Shown here: positions 54,535-63,020 of the stretch, in pieces
How the letters are laid out: the number at the start of each line of letters is the position of its first letter
How positions within the stretch are numbered: position 1 is the first letter of the stretch
Assembly: GCA_040954595.2 (NCBI GenBank)
Contig: CM082593.2
Location: forward strand, 7,786,043 to 7,850,042
Reading direction: 5' to 3'
From: Balanoglossus misakiensis
Taxonomy: Eukaryota > Animalia > Hemichordata
Length of the DNA stretch: 64,000 nt
Translations under genes and position numbers: made by a program
The notes under the pieces: model-generated
What the model saw: only the letters and a program-made list of their open reading frames with translations
The model's database searches: none
What the model was told of the DNA's origin: nothing

Positions 54535-56994
54535 ACAGACTTCAACTGACCTGGTTATTTCTTCTAGGATTTGGTCTGCACCACCAGGAACAGCACATGG
54601 ATCCTTGAAGTACTTTTTAACACGCTTCCTATAATTCTCTCTCTCCTTTTGCAAGCAAGCATGGTAACAGACTCCAAGTGACAGAACTAAGGCTAAGGTC
54701 AGATTATCCAGTGGCTGTACAAAGATGGACAGACAGGCATATATAACAAACTTGTGAGAAAAACTAAATATGCAACAAAGTGAGACATTTTTTATAAGCA
54801 GTCAGACTACATTATATGCACATACTGCAGGGTGTTGAAGATACAAAAGTAACTATTGGCAAATAGTGTACACATGTTAACTGGCCATGAGGGTAACAGG
54901 CTAACAACATAGGTTTGTGTCCCCTCAGTAACGTGAGTCGCCCAAAATAACTTCCAGCCTCGGGTACAGTTGTGCAATGAAAATATTTGTATTTGATGGC
55001 CTGGATTTATAGCTAGATTAGATATAAATATAAGATAATTATAACAAGCAATAAATTAATAACATGTGGATGATAGTTCTACTTGTAATTGCGTTACCTT
55101 CTTCGCTTCATTACCATACTCTTTACGGGCTGCTTCATCCATCAAATAAAAAATCTGTTCATGGTTTAGGAACCAGACCAATACATTCAGTGCTCTCTCC
55201 ACATCACGCAAGCTGACAAAACTACATTCATTCTAAATGATAGATTAGAAAAGTGAGGTTTGTCAGTCAAGTCTATCATGATATAAAAAGGTCTTTCTTG
55301 CTACTGCGCTCTTTTTTATTGGATTAATCATTAATTAAAAGGTCCACTATCTTTAACTTTCGCCTATTTTCTCATTATACATTCATTCTACAATGTATCT
55401 GTTAATCATGGTTTCAAAAGTTAAAGATAGTGGCCATTTAACCATAATAAATCAAATTATTTAGACATACATGTATATGTATACTGGTAGTGTACATGTC
55501 CATGTATGATGTCTGAATTGCCTTTAGATTTTTGAAAATTTAATGGCATATTATGCAATGAACAACTTGATGTATGCAATTTTCACTTTAAACAATGTAC
55601 AAAATGTGTGAAGATTTTTGTGGTCAGTAAAGATATGGTAAATTAAATTTCTTTATGAACATACCTGAACTGTTATCAATTGAAAGACTCAGATTGAAAG
55701 GATTTTAAGTTTTGAAAAATTCAAACCCAAAACCAATGAATATCTCGATCCACTGCCAATTTTGCAAGGATTGTGTGTAGTACATACCAATTGAAAACCA
55801 CTATACCAATGTTTCATCATTTTATGAAATAATTGTTTTACCTTCCTGTCTCTCATGAATCTCTGTGATGCTGCTAATACAGAGCTTATGACTTCTTCCC
55901 TCCCTGCCGGAATCTTCTTCAAGTCCACCTGTGATAAAATATAAAATATCTTATCTGTGCAGTTAAATTGTTGATGCTCTTCACTGTTAGTGTTATACAT
56001 CTATACACTTTATAAAATACATAAACTAAAGTTCTAGCTCTTACATTATTATATGTATGTGACACAGTAATACATGATATGAAATAACATCCTCCCTTTT
56101 GTATTTGTATGCGTATGTATGTACAGGTAGGGTAGGGTAGGGTAGGTAAGGTAGGTAGGTGGAGTGGCATGTGTATATGTATATAATATATACATGTAAG
56201 GCTGTATGTACAGATATATATATGGAATATTATATATATCATGCTACCATCCCCCGTTCTGATTGGACGAGAGTAATAATGTACAGCTATGACGTCACAA
56301 AATTCACTGGTATTGATACAGCTGTAATATAATTCTTAATAATCAAACAGTCAAATGTGATTTTTTTGCAGATAAACTCACATATCTGGCCACAATCTGT
56401 TTGATGTAGAGTTCTTCAATTTCACGGCTGAGCTGACCAAAATCCCAAACCAACGATAACATACTTGGTGGTAAGGCTTGTACTCTGTACACCAACTGTC
56501 TCATAGGTATACGGCCTTTGTGAAAAGCAAAACATCAGCGAGCTACATTACATGTTCCACTAGAAGCGATAATAGGAATTGTCTGAAGTTGTAACCCGTT
56601 GATGATATTGATTAATGTAACCACACTATTTCAAAGCTCAATGTATAAAGTAGAAAAATGAAGTATACATTAATTTTCGATGGGATTTAATTTCTGATGA
56701 CTGTTTTGACTGTTCTGATGTTTGAGGCATTTTCACTCAGTTTTAAATTCAAAGATTTGGCTATAGAACAATGAGTTCAACTGTAAATTTACATATTCAG
56801 TGGGATTTGATTAAGCGGATGTTAACAATCAACAAAAAGTGTGAAATTACAACCCAGTGAAACATTAATGCTTTTACAGAAATATGACTCAGTGGATTGT
56901 AACAAACTTACCAAGTTTATCAACTGTCTGTTCTGCCTTGATGTGGTAACCCAAACCAGCTTTCTCGAGGTGGTCTATCATTACATTTGTATGT
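115..56994 (-). CDS. RNF213: RNF213/mysterin-like AAA+ ATPase / E3 ubiquitin ligase, partial multi-exon gene (41 exons in window; 5' and 3' ends outside)
   Basis: Exons joined by hand at AG/GT (one GC) boundaries with consistent phases. Translation has RNF213 hallmarks: LVYRVQALPPS, FVSLRDVER, GKPGSSKSLA, VVVLDEVGLAEDSPKMPLK, ISNWALDPAKMNRG, FGSSFPKDQEYTQ, DLGLGTHRVKCRVH, RING and CPNGHPY RZ finger. Confidence 0.97.
744..838 (-). CDS. RNF213: RNF213 exon 40 in window
   Basis: FNPLLTSKKCRHQWEDSFTRNFINPIIQ. Confidence 0.87.
1414..1588 (-). CDS. RNF213: RNF213 exon 39 in window
   Basis: FLWQHLEFDLQLLSRASGKSVDDSALIIHMVL. Confidence 0.9.
2380..2536 (-). CDS. RNF213: RNF213 exon 38 in window
   Basis: DTTQKGHILGAPERR...RQMSPVAVAIVRMLMHASM. 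Confidence 0.9.
3102..3202 (-). CDS. RNF213: RNF213 exon 37 in window, RZ finger C-half
   Basis: CGKPNGRGQCKDCGAEIGGVRYNQAAKGN. Confidence 0.9.
4668..6155 (-). mobile_element. HINE-like element family B, interrupted by a MITE
   Basis: Homologous to 8558-9119. Subterminal ggtcccattg/caatgggacc inverted repeat, CATA/CAGA microsatellite, terminal hairpin. Confidence 0.85.
4966..5865. mobile_element. Tc1/pogo-type MITE with TA target-site duplication
   Basis: TIR cagtaaaacctgtcaaaaccggac / gtccggttttgacaggttttactg with TA on both sides. The empty site aag-ta-aatacac is seen in the uninterrupted family-B copy near 8828. Confidence 0.92.
7208..7242 (-). CDS. RNF213: RNF213 35-bp micro-exon, RZ finger N-half
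   Basis: ECPNGHPYTIGD; ttgcag acceptor, gtaagt donor. Confidence 0.9.
8002..8083 (-). CDS. RNF213: RNF213 exon 35 in window
   Basis: NSYFPTMQEDLILEAKAAL...VQWY. Confidence 0.9.
8558..9119 (-). mobile_element. HINE-like element family B, uninterrupted (~560 bp)
   Basis: aaaaatcgcgtcaaggacacagtggtcccattg ... ggtcccatggtacataccaatgggacctaaaaa; A-runs at both ends, no TSD. Confidence 0.85.
9435..9629 (-). CDS. RNF213: RNF213 exon 34 in window
   Basis: DFAEELIFNRQGG...VAALVIHTMVVL...QPLVIMMENPQNMA. Confidence 0.87.
10329..10382 (-). CDS. RNF213: RNF213 exon 33 in window (54 bp)
   Basis: VIQKLVTYIKSAHFVTQE; cag acceptor, gtaagt donor, phase 0. Confidence 0.75.
10905..11027 (-). CDS. RNF213: RNF213 exon 32 in window
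   Basis: NSAKSNEEKQYLLLLTIYREMT. Confidence 0.85.
11396..11512 (-). CDS. RNF213: RNF213 exon 31 in window
   Basis: VTFVPDRFVTCGNLYPELREAMAETL. Confidence 0.87.
12056..12487 (-). CDS. RNF213: RNF213 exon 30 in window
   Basis: DSHHNRL...LDSVASARFGLVVVAE...PKIFLVKQLCRRYG...WIMP. Confidence 0.9.
12841..12952 (-). CDS. RNF213: RNF213 exon 29 in window
   Basis: IEQVFEHLELYF...ELCLLCIQCIE. Confidence 0.87.
14132..14383 (-). CDS. RNF213: RNF213 exon 28 in window
   Basis: EAIDAHNVFRQHCNTFFMELVSRYCF...PFQEDCIDPNPVVRSFLLQLLL. Confidence 0.93.
14600..15125. mobile_element. Degenerate hairpin-tail (Crypton-like) remnant
   Basis: Decayed inverted arms (agtaacccc...gatatagcacaatt / aattgtgctatatc...gggttattg) around an aagccactataggcaa loop. 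Confidence 0.4.
15253..15438 (-). CDS. RNF213: RNF213 exon 27 in window, C3HC4 RING finger
   Basis: CEVC-x11-CEHVFCLDC-x12-CPKC. Confidence 0.94.
16033..16133 (-). CDS. RNF213: RNF213 exon 26 in window
   Basis: ALGEDVNLK...VIEKVLKSCNETASRQHF. Confidence 0.85.
16193..16372. mobile_element. Short Tc1/pogo-type MITE
   Basis: cagtaaaa...ggtttagacaggttttactg followed by TA; termini resemble 4966-5865. Confidence 0.65.
16980..17088 (-). CDS. RNF213: RNF213 exon 25 in window
   Basis: PLWIRICVLKLFVDHVCP. Confidence 0.87.
17126..17210. mobile_element. Tiny piggyBac-like MITE
   Basis: ttaa|ccctttcacc...ggtgaaaggg|ctaa; inverted sister copy at 26372-26450. Confidence 0.65.
17519..17724 (-). CDS. RNF213: RNF213 exon 24 in window
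   Basis: VLDAKALRALLETLTP...WLKRVQDARPIVERIL...QQC. Confidence 0.88.
18102..18302 (-). CDS. RNF213: RNF213 exon 23 in window (probable GC donor; alternative GT donor would end the exon at 18132)
   Basis: VVCRAIETAALEE...IPSIHVLYHRIHGRL...EEQEM followed by gcaagt. Confidence 0.8.
19275..19447 (-). CDS. RNF213: RNF213 exon 22 in window
   Basis: STRQSVRMTLEKL...RRYLSDFVRMVY...EEEHQ. Confidence 0.87.
19500..19942. mobile_element. TTAA-flanked MITE
   Basis: ttaa|accccggtgcgg...ccgcaccggggt|ttaa. Confidence 0.8.
20332..21502 (+). mobile_element. Non-autonomous Kolobok-like DNA transposon (family H, copy 1)
   Basis: ttaa|agtggaacg...cgttccact|ttaa; near-identical inverted copy at 50196-51379; THAP-like start MAKCQVHD.KNIFGK.TGISFF. 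Confidence 0.85.
21505..22614 (-). mobile_element. HINE-like element family A (internal deletion)
   Basis: Same termini as 51669-53234 and 57646-59084; lacks an internal block near 22035. Confidence 0.87.
22749..24521 (-). mobile_element. HINE-like element with internal tandem repeats (~235-bp and ~120-bp units)
   Basis: tagctgccaagcagc end hairpin; repeated ggtcaaaggtcacc blocks; ~120-bp units at 23836-24410; (GACG/GACA)n tract; terminal agctcagctg...cagccgagctaaaaa. Confidence 0.75.
24534..24865 (-). CDS. RNF213: RNF213 exon 21 in window
   Basis: RAIWHSLVGTVTPLLAEVIAFSDRNDNLDL...CPFSSVIK. Confidence 0.9.
25684..25828 (-). CDS. RNF213: RNF213 exon 20 in window
   Basis: FVSVLKERICQLLKEKDE...WLSREA...GTF. 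Confidence 0.88.
26372..26450. mobile_element. Tiny piggyBac-like MITE (inverted sister of 17126-17210)
   Basis: ttaa|ccctttcac...gtgaaaggg|tta. Confidence 0.6.
26564..26908 (-). CDS. RNF213: RNF213 exon 19 in window
   Basis: GGKWLSVHIDELRPP...LLKNCIHAATAML...RIEIVLELF. Confidence 0.9.
27794..28018 (-). mobile_element. Truncated family A HINE fragment
   Basis: aaaaatagtgtcaaggacactgtggtcccatttgagg...tgtacaaacacatatgag. Confidence 0.75.
28429..35470 (-). repeat. Cluster of five HINE-like (family C) bodies (four ~1.4 kb, one ~1.1 kb) plus four stacked terminal hairpins
   Basis: Units start aaagctgc at about 28431, 29849, 31278, 32693 and 34114. Hairpins tagggcccaagcgc-N6-gcgcttgggcccta lie at 35237, 35301, 35358 and 35434. 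Confidence 0.92.
35612..35838 (-). CDS. RNF213: RNF213 exon 18 in window
   Basis: LLLVQCDSGNENTNLIACSRYIV...HVVFIIQLPRVAGGCFDGLQ. Confidence 0.9.
36233..36375 (-). CDS. RNF213: RNF213 exon 17 in window
   Basis: VTTHSRLLS...SLQEFQTEQQFTRKV. Confidence 0.9.
36779..36985 (-). CDS. RNF213: RNF213 exon 16 in window
   Basis: VSEQSQDLLLQCATPDAVSRL...QKHDSLAGYL. Confidence 0.92.
37240..37366 (-). CDS. RNF213: RNF213 exon 15 in window
   Basis: LLKKFKVEDAFIGFNKDTIASIVLQVC...WHQK. Confidence 0.88.
38314..38490 (-). CDS. RNF213: RNF213 exon 14 in window
   Basis: LIVVADKEVVYERFPIPLINRLEKH. Confidence 0.94.
38522..38609. repeat. Perfect 33-bp inverted repeat (88-nt hairpin) in a short intron
   Basis: ttattcaaaagcaaaatgagaaaatttaaattc-N22-gaatttaaattttctcattttgcttttgaataa. 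Confidence 0.9.
38707..38900 (-). CDS. RNF213: RNF213 exon 13 in window
   Basis: VCRNINRIKVCMETGRTVVLLNLENLYESLYDALNQYY...DLGLGTHRVKCRVH. Confidence 0.95.
40011..40140. mobile_element. Short TTAA-flanked Kolobok-type MITE
   Basis: ttaa|aggta...gtcacct ... aggtgactgtatacct|ttaa. Confidence 0.6.
40147..40400. mobile_element. MITE with long imperfect TIRs
   Basis: gccactttcatgaccccta...ttttgttggtatga / cataccaacaaaa...taggggtcatgaaagtggc. Confidence 0.7.
40881..41890. mobile_element. Hairpin-tail Crypton-like element (family G)
   Basis: Inverted repeat ttatattatagctttatcaataccagtgaatt / aattcactggcattgacaaaactataaaataa, then a ~145-bp hairpin with ctcggctttgcctcg loop. An inverted end fragment lies at ~56255-56332. 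Confidence 0.75.
44108..44240 (-). CDS. RNF213: RNF213 exon 12 in window
   Basis: ESRYLLILTENYAAL...IIFGSSFPKDQEYTQ. Confidence 0.95.
44296..45103. mobile_element. Hairpin-tail Crypton-like element (family E)
   Basis: ~170-bp hairpin with gagccgcaggcga loop, then ttatcacatacatag...ctatgtatgtgataa inverted repeat. Confidence 0.78.
45104..46009. mobile_element. Hairpin-tail Crypton-like element (family D, intact)
   Basis: ~160-bp hairpin with the same loop; tttatcacatgaac...gttcatgtgataaa inverted repeat; extra internal hairpin at 45395-45488. Confidence 0.8.
47502..47587 (-). CDS. RNF213: RNF213 exon 11 in window
   Basis: GSNDPECSAAALIRASLQGLDKEILDMD; phases fit neighbours. Confidence 0.82.
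47878..48043 (-). CDS. RNF213: RNF213 exon 10 in window
   Basis: LIKMVYGFSKASG...AIRRNFGG...DVQR. Confidence 0.92.
48427..48555 (-). CDS. RNF213: RNF213 exon 9 in window
   Basis: GICSTDKLVL...KEFFGLRDFY. Confidence 0.92.
48836..50191. mobile_element. Possible Kolobok-like element abutting family H copy 2
   Basis: ttaa|agctccattagctgtaac ... attaccactaatgtccct|ttaa; imperfect TIR similarity only. Confidence 0.4.
50196..51379 (-). mobile_element. Non-autonomous Kolobok-like DNA transposon (family H, copy 2, inverted)
   Basis: ttaa|agtggaac...gttccact|ttaa; reverse complement of 20332-21502. Confidence 0.85.
51438..51610 (-). CDS. RNF213: RNF213 exon 8 in window
   Basis: TLHPLLEYGC...KVAFIGISNWALDPAKMNRGILVSRGVP. 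Confidence 0.95.
51669..53234 (-). mobile_element. HINE-like element family A with triplicated terminus
   Basis: ~67-bp end repeated at 51669, 51735 and 51802, followed by a full body. Confidence 0.88.
53249..53419 (-). CDS. RNF213: RNF213 exon 7 in window, AAA Walker B
   Basis: VHMVSYQCSPLSTPEGI...VSVVVLDEVGLAEDSPKMPLK. Confidence 0.95.
53850..54072 (-). CDS. RNF213: RNF213 exon 6 in window, AAA Walker A
   Basis: CQDVFLDQL...LKENVFMMMVCIELRIPLFLVGKPGSSKSLAKTIVADAMQG. Confidence 0.95.
54439..54533. repeat. (TGAA)n(TAAA)n compound microsatellite
   Basis: Read directly from the sequence. Confidence 0.95.
54551..54714 (-). CDS. RNF213: RNF213 exon 5 in window
   Basis: PLDNLTLALVLSLGVCYHACLQ...ILEEIT. 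Confidence 0.9.
55098..55232 (-). CDS. RNF213: RNF213 exon 4 in window
   Basis: NECSFVSLRDVERALNVLVWF...EAKK. Confidence 0.9.
55339..55437. mobile_element. ~100-bp TTAA-flanked MITE
   Basis: ccactatctttaacttt / aaagttaaagatagtgg inverted repeat within TTAA flanks. Confidence 0.65.
55842..55928 (-). CDS. RNF213: RNF213 exon 3 in window
   Basis: VDLKKIPAGREEVISSVLAASQRFMRDRK. Confidence 0.9.
56382..56515 (-). CDS. RNF213: RNF213 exon 2 in window
   Basis: GRIPMRQLVYRVQALPPSMLSLVWDFGQL...IVARY; gtgag donor. Confidence 0.93.
56912..56994 (-). CDS. RNF213: RNF213 exon (1st in window)
   Basis: HTNVMIDHLEKAGLGYHIKAEQTVDKL; ttgcag acceptor, gtaag donor. Confidence 0.9.
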
Positions 56995-57645
56995 CTGCAA
57001 TAAAACAAAATCCAGAATGGTTAAAATAAGTATATCTCTTGGTCTGATTTTCATAAGAACTCTATGAAGTTTTTCTTGGAAAAGATGTATGTTATATCTA
57101 AAAACATAGTGCCAATGGCACTGTAGATACACTAGACTTAGATGGACATCAAAACACACAGCAAAATACAAAATGGCAGGGGCAAAGGACTATTGACAAG
57201 ATCGTAACATAGAAAAACAATTGTATTGCTTACACTTAAAAAGCTAACATACATAAATAAATACATACATACCAGTACATAAATACATATACAAGTAGAA
57301 TAAAACCAAGTAAAAATGGCCAGTTTTCATGTTCGAGAAAAGAAAATTTATATAGAGGAAAACAAATGAAGGTATAACAAATTTTATCCAAGGAACCTGC
57401 GTACCAAATTTCATGGCAATCAGACAAGTGGTTTCTGAGAAAATGATTTTTGACCAAAGACTGCCCCAGTTAGAATGCATTTCCTGTAGATAAACCCAAG
57501 AAACCTGCATACCATATCAGCAAGAAGCATGAATGTGAAATTTCAGCACCATTTGAACAAATTCTTCTTAAGTCATCCAAAGGAACCTGTCTACAAAATT
57601 TCAAAACAATCGCACAAGTAGTTTTAGAGGAGATGATATTTTATC

Positions 57646-59084
57646 AAAAATAGCGTCAAGGACACTGTGGTCCCATTTGAGGATTATGCGGAAACAGTGA
57701 CACACCAGAATAAAAATTACAGGTGACATTGCAAGCAGATATGATCTTACCATAACGAAATATGGAATGTAAAAAAATTAACAAGGAACATGCCCAATAA
57801 ATTGTCATGTGTCATGGCAGTCTTACAAGTGGTGCTAGAAAAAAAATTGACCAAAAATTGTCTGTACAAACACATATGAGAAGCAACTTCTTTCAGTCAG
57901 CCCTGGAACAGACACACAGACAGACAGACAGACACACACTGACCTGCCACTGGTAATTAAAAATTTAATAGCTGGTGGTCTCTGTAACAGCTGGCCTATT
58001 AAAGTTATGTAAACATGTCTTAGTTCGGGGTAACAACTCCTTGTAAATAGTAACTTTCAAAACAACTGGACAATTGGTTTAGGAGAAGATTTGCTAACCA
58101 AAAACAAAGAAACTTACAAAAAAACTCGCTGAATATTGAATATTTTTGATATCAGAATTGAATAAAAGTTGCACATATACATGTATGTGTTATGAAATTA
58201 TATCCTAAATTTCAAAGCAATCAGAGAAAAAACAAATTTCAAAACAATCCAACCAGCAGTTTCACAGAAAATATTTGTTCAAAAGTGGCAAAAACACAAA
58301 TATGCAAAATCAGCAAAATTGTACAATATCTTACTTCAATCACTACAAGGAACATGCTGCCAAAGTTCAATGCAATATGACAAGCAGTTTCAGATAAAAC
58401 AATTTTTGACAAAATTGCAAAAGTTTCCCTGATAACAAATTTATGCAAATATCACATTTTTATACAACATATTACTTAGGTTACCCCTACGAACATGCCT
58501 ACCAAATTGCAAAGCAATCTGGCATGCAGTTTAAAGAAAATAATTTTTGACCAAAAATGGCAAATATTGCTCAAAATTATAAATATGCAAATTTTGCAAC
58601 AATTTAAACAAAACTATGGTTACTCAGACAACCATTAGGAAGCTTCATACTAAATTTCAAAGAAGTAAGCCCATCACTTTCAGAAATGAAGACTTTTTAC
58701 CAATAACATGGAAAAATACAAAAAAATGCATAAAAAATGGGAAATCGATAATATTAGCTCAAAACATACAGGATTGTTTGAGCTAGACATAAAGTACATG
58801 CATACCAATTTTCAAATCAATATGACCAGTGGTTGTCGAGTTTTTGAGTTTTGACCAATTTCACATTTTCCCAGCTAATTTGCATATTTTTGGCAATGAC
58901 AACTTCATTTGAACAAACTCCCATGTACAGCCCTGCCTGCATCTACACACCAAATATCGAGGTCATACGCGTTGTGGTTTTCAAGTTTTTGATGTGGACG
59001 GACATACATACATACATACATACATACATACAGATGCAACCAATACCATAAGGTCCCACGGTACATACCAATGGGACCTAAAAA
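57646..59084 (-). mobile_element. HINE-like element family A, full length (~1.44 kb)
   Basis: Same termini, subterminal inverted repeat and microsatellite as the other A copies. Confidence 0.88.
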
Positions 59085-59125
59085 TGAGAAGTTTGAGTTC
59101 ATTTGTATATTTGCATCAATATGAT

Positions 59126-61106
59126 AAAAAATCGCGTCAAGGACACGGCGGTCCCATTGAGGGATTACACAAGAAAAAGTCTACACCGGAGTACATGGCC
59201 ATATACAGACAGACAGACACACATAGAGAGAGATCAATGGGCAAACACTGACTGACCCATAAGCTGCCAATGGCATATTTACTGTACATACACTAAATAG
59301 AATTATTACACCTCACTCTGTATTCCGTACTATTGATTGGCTGAGACCCTACCACGTGACATAGAAAAGAACGTGATATTACATGGTTGACAGAGTATAT
59401 GGCCCGTAGGTAGGGGCTACGGGCTGGGGATACGCGCGCGCTGAGAGTATATTCCAGGCTGAGAACAGGTTTTAGGTTCTGCGCATCTTTTCTGCGCTTA
59501 ACAAACTGTCGTTCAATGGCTTCCTTTACGATCAGTCAACTCCCGCATATATGGCTTCAAAGCGACACACAGGATTAACAGCTGTTCAACTGGACGATAT
59601 TTTACCGCAAACGGGCAGTAAATACACCAAAGTCGCAACCAACAGCGCGGTTTCCTCAAGATTATCTGAGTTCGAAGTAGGTACGGCGAGATATTTTAGT
59701 TCGCTGCAACCTGCAATGTACGACATGGACGCAACCCTCTAGGCTGTATGTATGGTCAAATGTTCGGTATAATAAAATTAATAACACATGTCATGCTCGG
59801 GCAATATCATGATCTTTGGCCTGCACGAGGGATGGTGATCTCTGACCATAATATTGATGATGCCCTCGGGCATCATCAATATTATGGTCAGAGATCACCA
59901 GCACGAGGGGATGGTGATCTCTGACCATCCCCCGAGGGCATCATCAATATTATGGTCAGAGATCACCATCCCTCGTGCAGGCCAAAGATCATGATATTGC
60001 CCGAGCATGACATGTGTTATTAATTTTATTATTACACCTCACGTATTATACCGTTTTGTGATTGGCTGAGACGCGCTCACGTGATATAGAAAAAAAAGTG
60101 ATATAACATGGCTAGAGTTGATAAAGCCCTGTCGCGTGCGCTGATATTGCCTGCTGGGTTGTTTTGGTGTTCTGCGCGCGACTTCTGCGCGTTCCAAACT
60201 GTCGTTCAATGGCTTCCTTCACGATCAGTCAACTCCCGCATCTATATGGCTTCAAAGCGACACACAGGCTTAACACCTGTTCAACTGGATGATATTTTAC
60301 TGCAAACGGGCAGTAAATACACCAAAATCGCAACCAACAGCGCAGTATTTTCAAAATAATCTAAGTTCGAAGTAGGTATCGTATAATTCTTGTAGATCGA
60401 GACATTTTACATCCTCAGCAACGTACGACATATGGACGCGAGTCTACATGCTACATGCTGCAGTGTATGTACGTTCAAATGTTCGGCGTAATAAAATTAA
60501 TAACACATTATGCTCGGGCAACATCACGATTTGAAGCCTGCCCTCGGGCTGGTGATCTCTGACCACAATATTGATGATACCCTCACCTGCGGCTCGGGCA
60601 TCATCAATATTATGGTCAGAGATCACCATCCCTCGTGCAGGCTTCAAATCGTGATATTGCCCTCGCTATCATGTGTTATTATTTAAACAGCTGGCCACTT
60701 TAAACTTAGCCAGTTATGTAATCATTCAGGAATTTGCTGTGTTTGAATGAAACACAGGAGGGGGCTTCCTGCCTAATTAAAACAACTCAATAATTTAGTA
60801 AATACACACCACTTTGCAAAGCAATCTGACCAGTAGTTCTTGAGTTACTGAGTTTTGACCAAATTCACATTTTTCCAGCTAATTTGCATATTTTTGGCAA
60901 TGACAACTTCATTTGAACAAACTCCCATCTACAGCCCAGCCTGCATCTGCACACCAAATATCGAGGTTATACGCGCAGCGGTTTTCAAGTTTTTGATGTG
61001 GATGGACATACAGACATACATGTACATCCATCCATCCATACATACATACATACAGACGCAACCGATCCCATAAGGTCCCATGGTAAAAACCAATGGGACC
61101 TAAAAA
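59126..61106 (-). mobile_element. HINE-like element family B, interrupted at 59303-60684
   Basis: Flanks rejoin to the sequence of 8558-9119 (cactaaatagaa^cagctggcc). Confidence 0.85.
59303..60684 (+). mobile_element. Two tandem hairpin-tail Crypton-like elements (family F)
   Basis: Copies start ttattacacctcac at 59303 and 60029. Each ends in a long hairpin; the second has loop tcacctgcggctc. Both retain an ORF stub MASKRHTGLT.VQLDDIL.QTGSKYTK.ATNSAV. Confidence 0.78.
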
Positions 61107-62716
61107 CAAAAACAAAATGCCTGGACATATATCCATGATGCATAAACACACAACGCCGGTTCTCAAAATATTTGAGTTGACGGACACCCTCACATACAGG
61201 TACATACTGATTGATTTATTAGCATACAATAAGGCCACAGGCCCATAGAGCAAATAATTACATGTGAAATCAACTGAGAGAGAGGAACTCCTCTCGTGTT
61301 TTCATTGCACAATAAATAAAAGATGCTAAATTATTTAAATATGTCACATTACTGGTTCTCAACAGATATGTAAACTTATCAAATGAAGGATTTACATAAA
61401 GCCAGTTTGGCAGCATTTCCTTTCGAAGGTTAATATACATTGGACAAATGGATATAAAATGAAATTCATCTTCAATATAATGATTGCAGTGTTGCAGCCA
61501 GGAATTTTATAACAGGGGACACTGTGTCCCCGCACTATTTATTTTTGGGGACATTTTGCATATTTTGGGGACAACATAAACCATGGACATACATGTATGT
61601 CCATGCATAAACGTACACATACATACACAATGACATACCACATTAAATTGTATAATTTGATGTTTTTAATAAAACACTCAGACTCCTTGGTCTGTGTCAC
61701 AATGACCATATACTTTAACCTGCATTTTGTACAAATTGTACAAATCACGTGTTCACAACAGTCAAGATCTGATCACTATTGTTCTGATAATTAAAGTCAC
61801 TGCTGATTACTGTTTATGCGTCTTTGTTTTACTTTTCTGATTTTGATTACATTCAAGATCTTTTAAATCTGCTTCATTTCTAAATTTAGAGTTCTTACCA
61901 AAATATCAGAAAGATGAATAATCCCCCCTTTTTATACAAATAAGGATGAAAAACATACTTGTTGTTGACAAGAATTCTGGCTTTATTCCAAATAACCTGC
62001 TCAGCTGGAGGGGTGGAGGAAAAATGACTAATTTAAATTCTTTCAAGTCCTTTATTATTTTAGGAGTAAATTTGAGAAAACTTGTTCCCCATTAAAAAAA
62101 ATCAATAGGGTATTTCTAAAAGCTAGGGAATTCATTCCAAGATCAACTGTTGTCTGGCTAGGGGTCCTAAAGCATGTAATAAGAATACTCTCAACTCTGT
62201 CTTTTTGGAGTCTTATCCAAGAAATTAGCAGTTGAATCTACATTAAAAGTTCAGTGGGAGGATTTTCAACAAAACTGAGACTGCTGGTACTCATGTGGAC
62301 AGAGTTGGTTTCAGAGAAGCAATTGGAGTCACGGTAGTTCACTGCCTGCACAGCTGAGTCCGATATATAGGCGTGATATCGCAATGTATTACTATTACAA
62401 TTCCCAAGAGGGTGGCTGCGTGTACGTAAACTGTATCAAATTCAACGATAAACCACAGTCCCTCGAGGGACTCAAGTTTGCTACAAGTTTGCTATGAAGA
62501 TGTTATCAGTATCGATTACAGGTCGTAAGGTCATAAACTGTGACAAGTGAATCTCTTTGTACGCGTACACCCATCAGTTATCAGGAAACAATGTATGTTA
62601 GCGCCGGCTATTTTTTACACTCAGAGTGCGCCCGTGGTGACCCGCAGTATGCCAGAAAGTGCGCCCGTGGCTTCAGTTTTGGGGACATTGTCGCAAGGGC
62701 GCACGCTGGCTGCAAC

Positions 62717-63020
62717 ACTGTGATTGTTCTTCAAACAAAATTTACAGAGCCTTTCATCTGGGGGAATATTTCCGTGGCGACCTTTCTCGATTTCCAGGGC
62801 ATGTGAAGAGCAGCGGAATCTGGATAAAGCATTTCTGAATTTAAGAATATGGACACTACTGAGATATGCTTCTGGTTCGAGCATTGATTTGAATGTGTGA
62901 TACGTGTGTAACTTTGGAGATGAATGTATTCCTTCATGCCAGATCTGCCTGGCGCAATCTTTAAGTCTCTGTGTAAAGACAGATAAAAACAGACTTGTGG
63001 AACCAACACCCAGGTTCAAC
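62717..63020 (-). mobile_element. Non-LTR retrotransposon ORF2 C-terminal fragment
   Basis: KLHTYHTFKS...EAYL...RNALSRFRCSSHALEIEKGRH...ERLCKFC, the typical post-RT C-terminal region of LINE ORF2; clade not determinable by eye. Confidence 0.8.
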
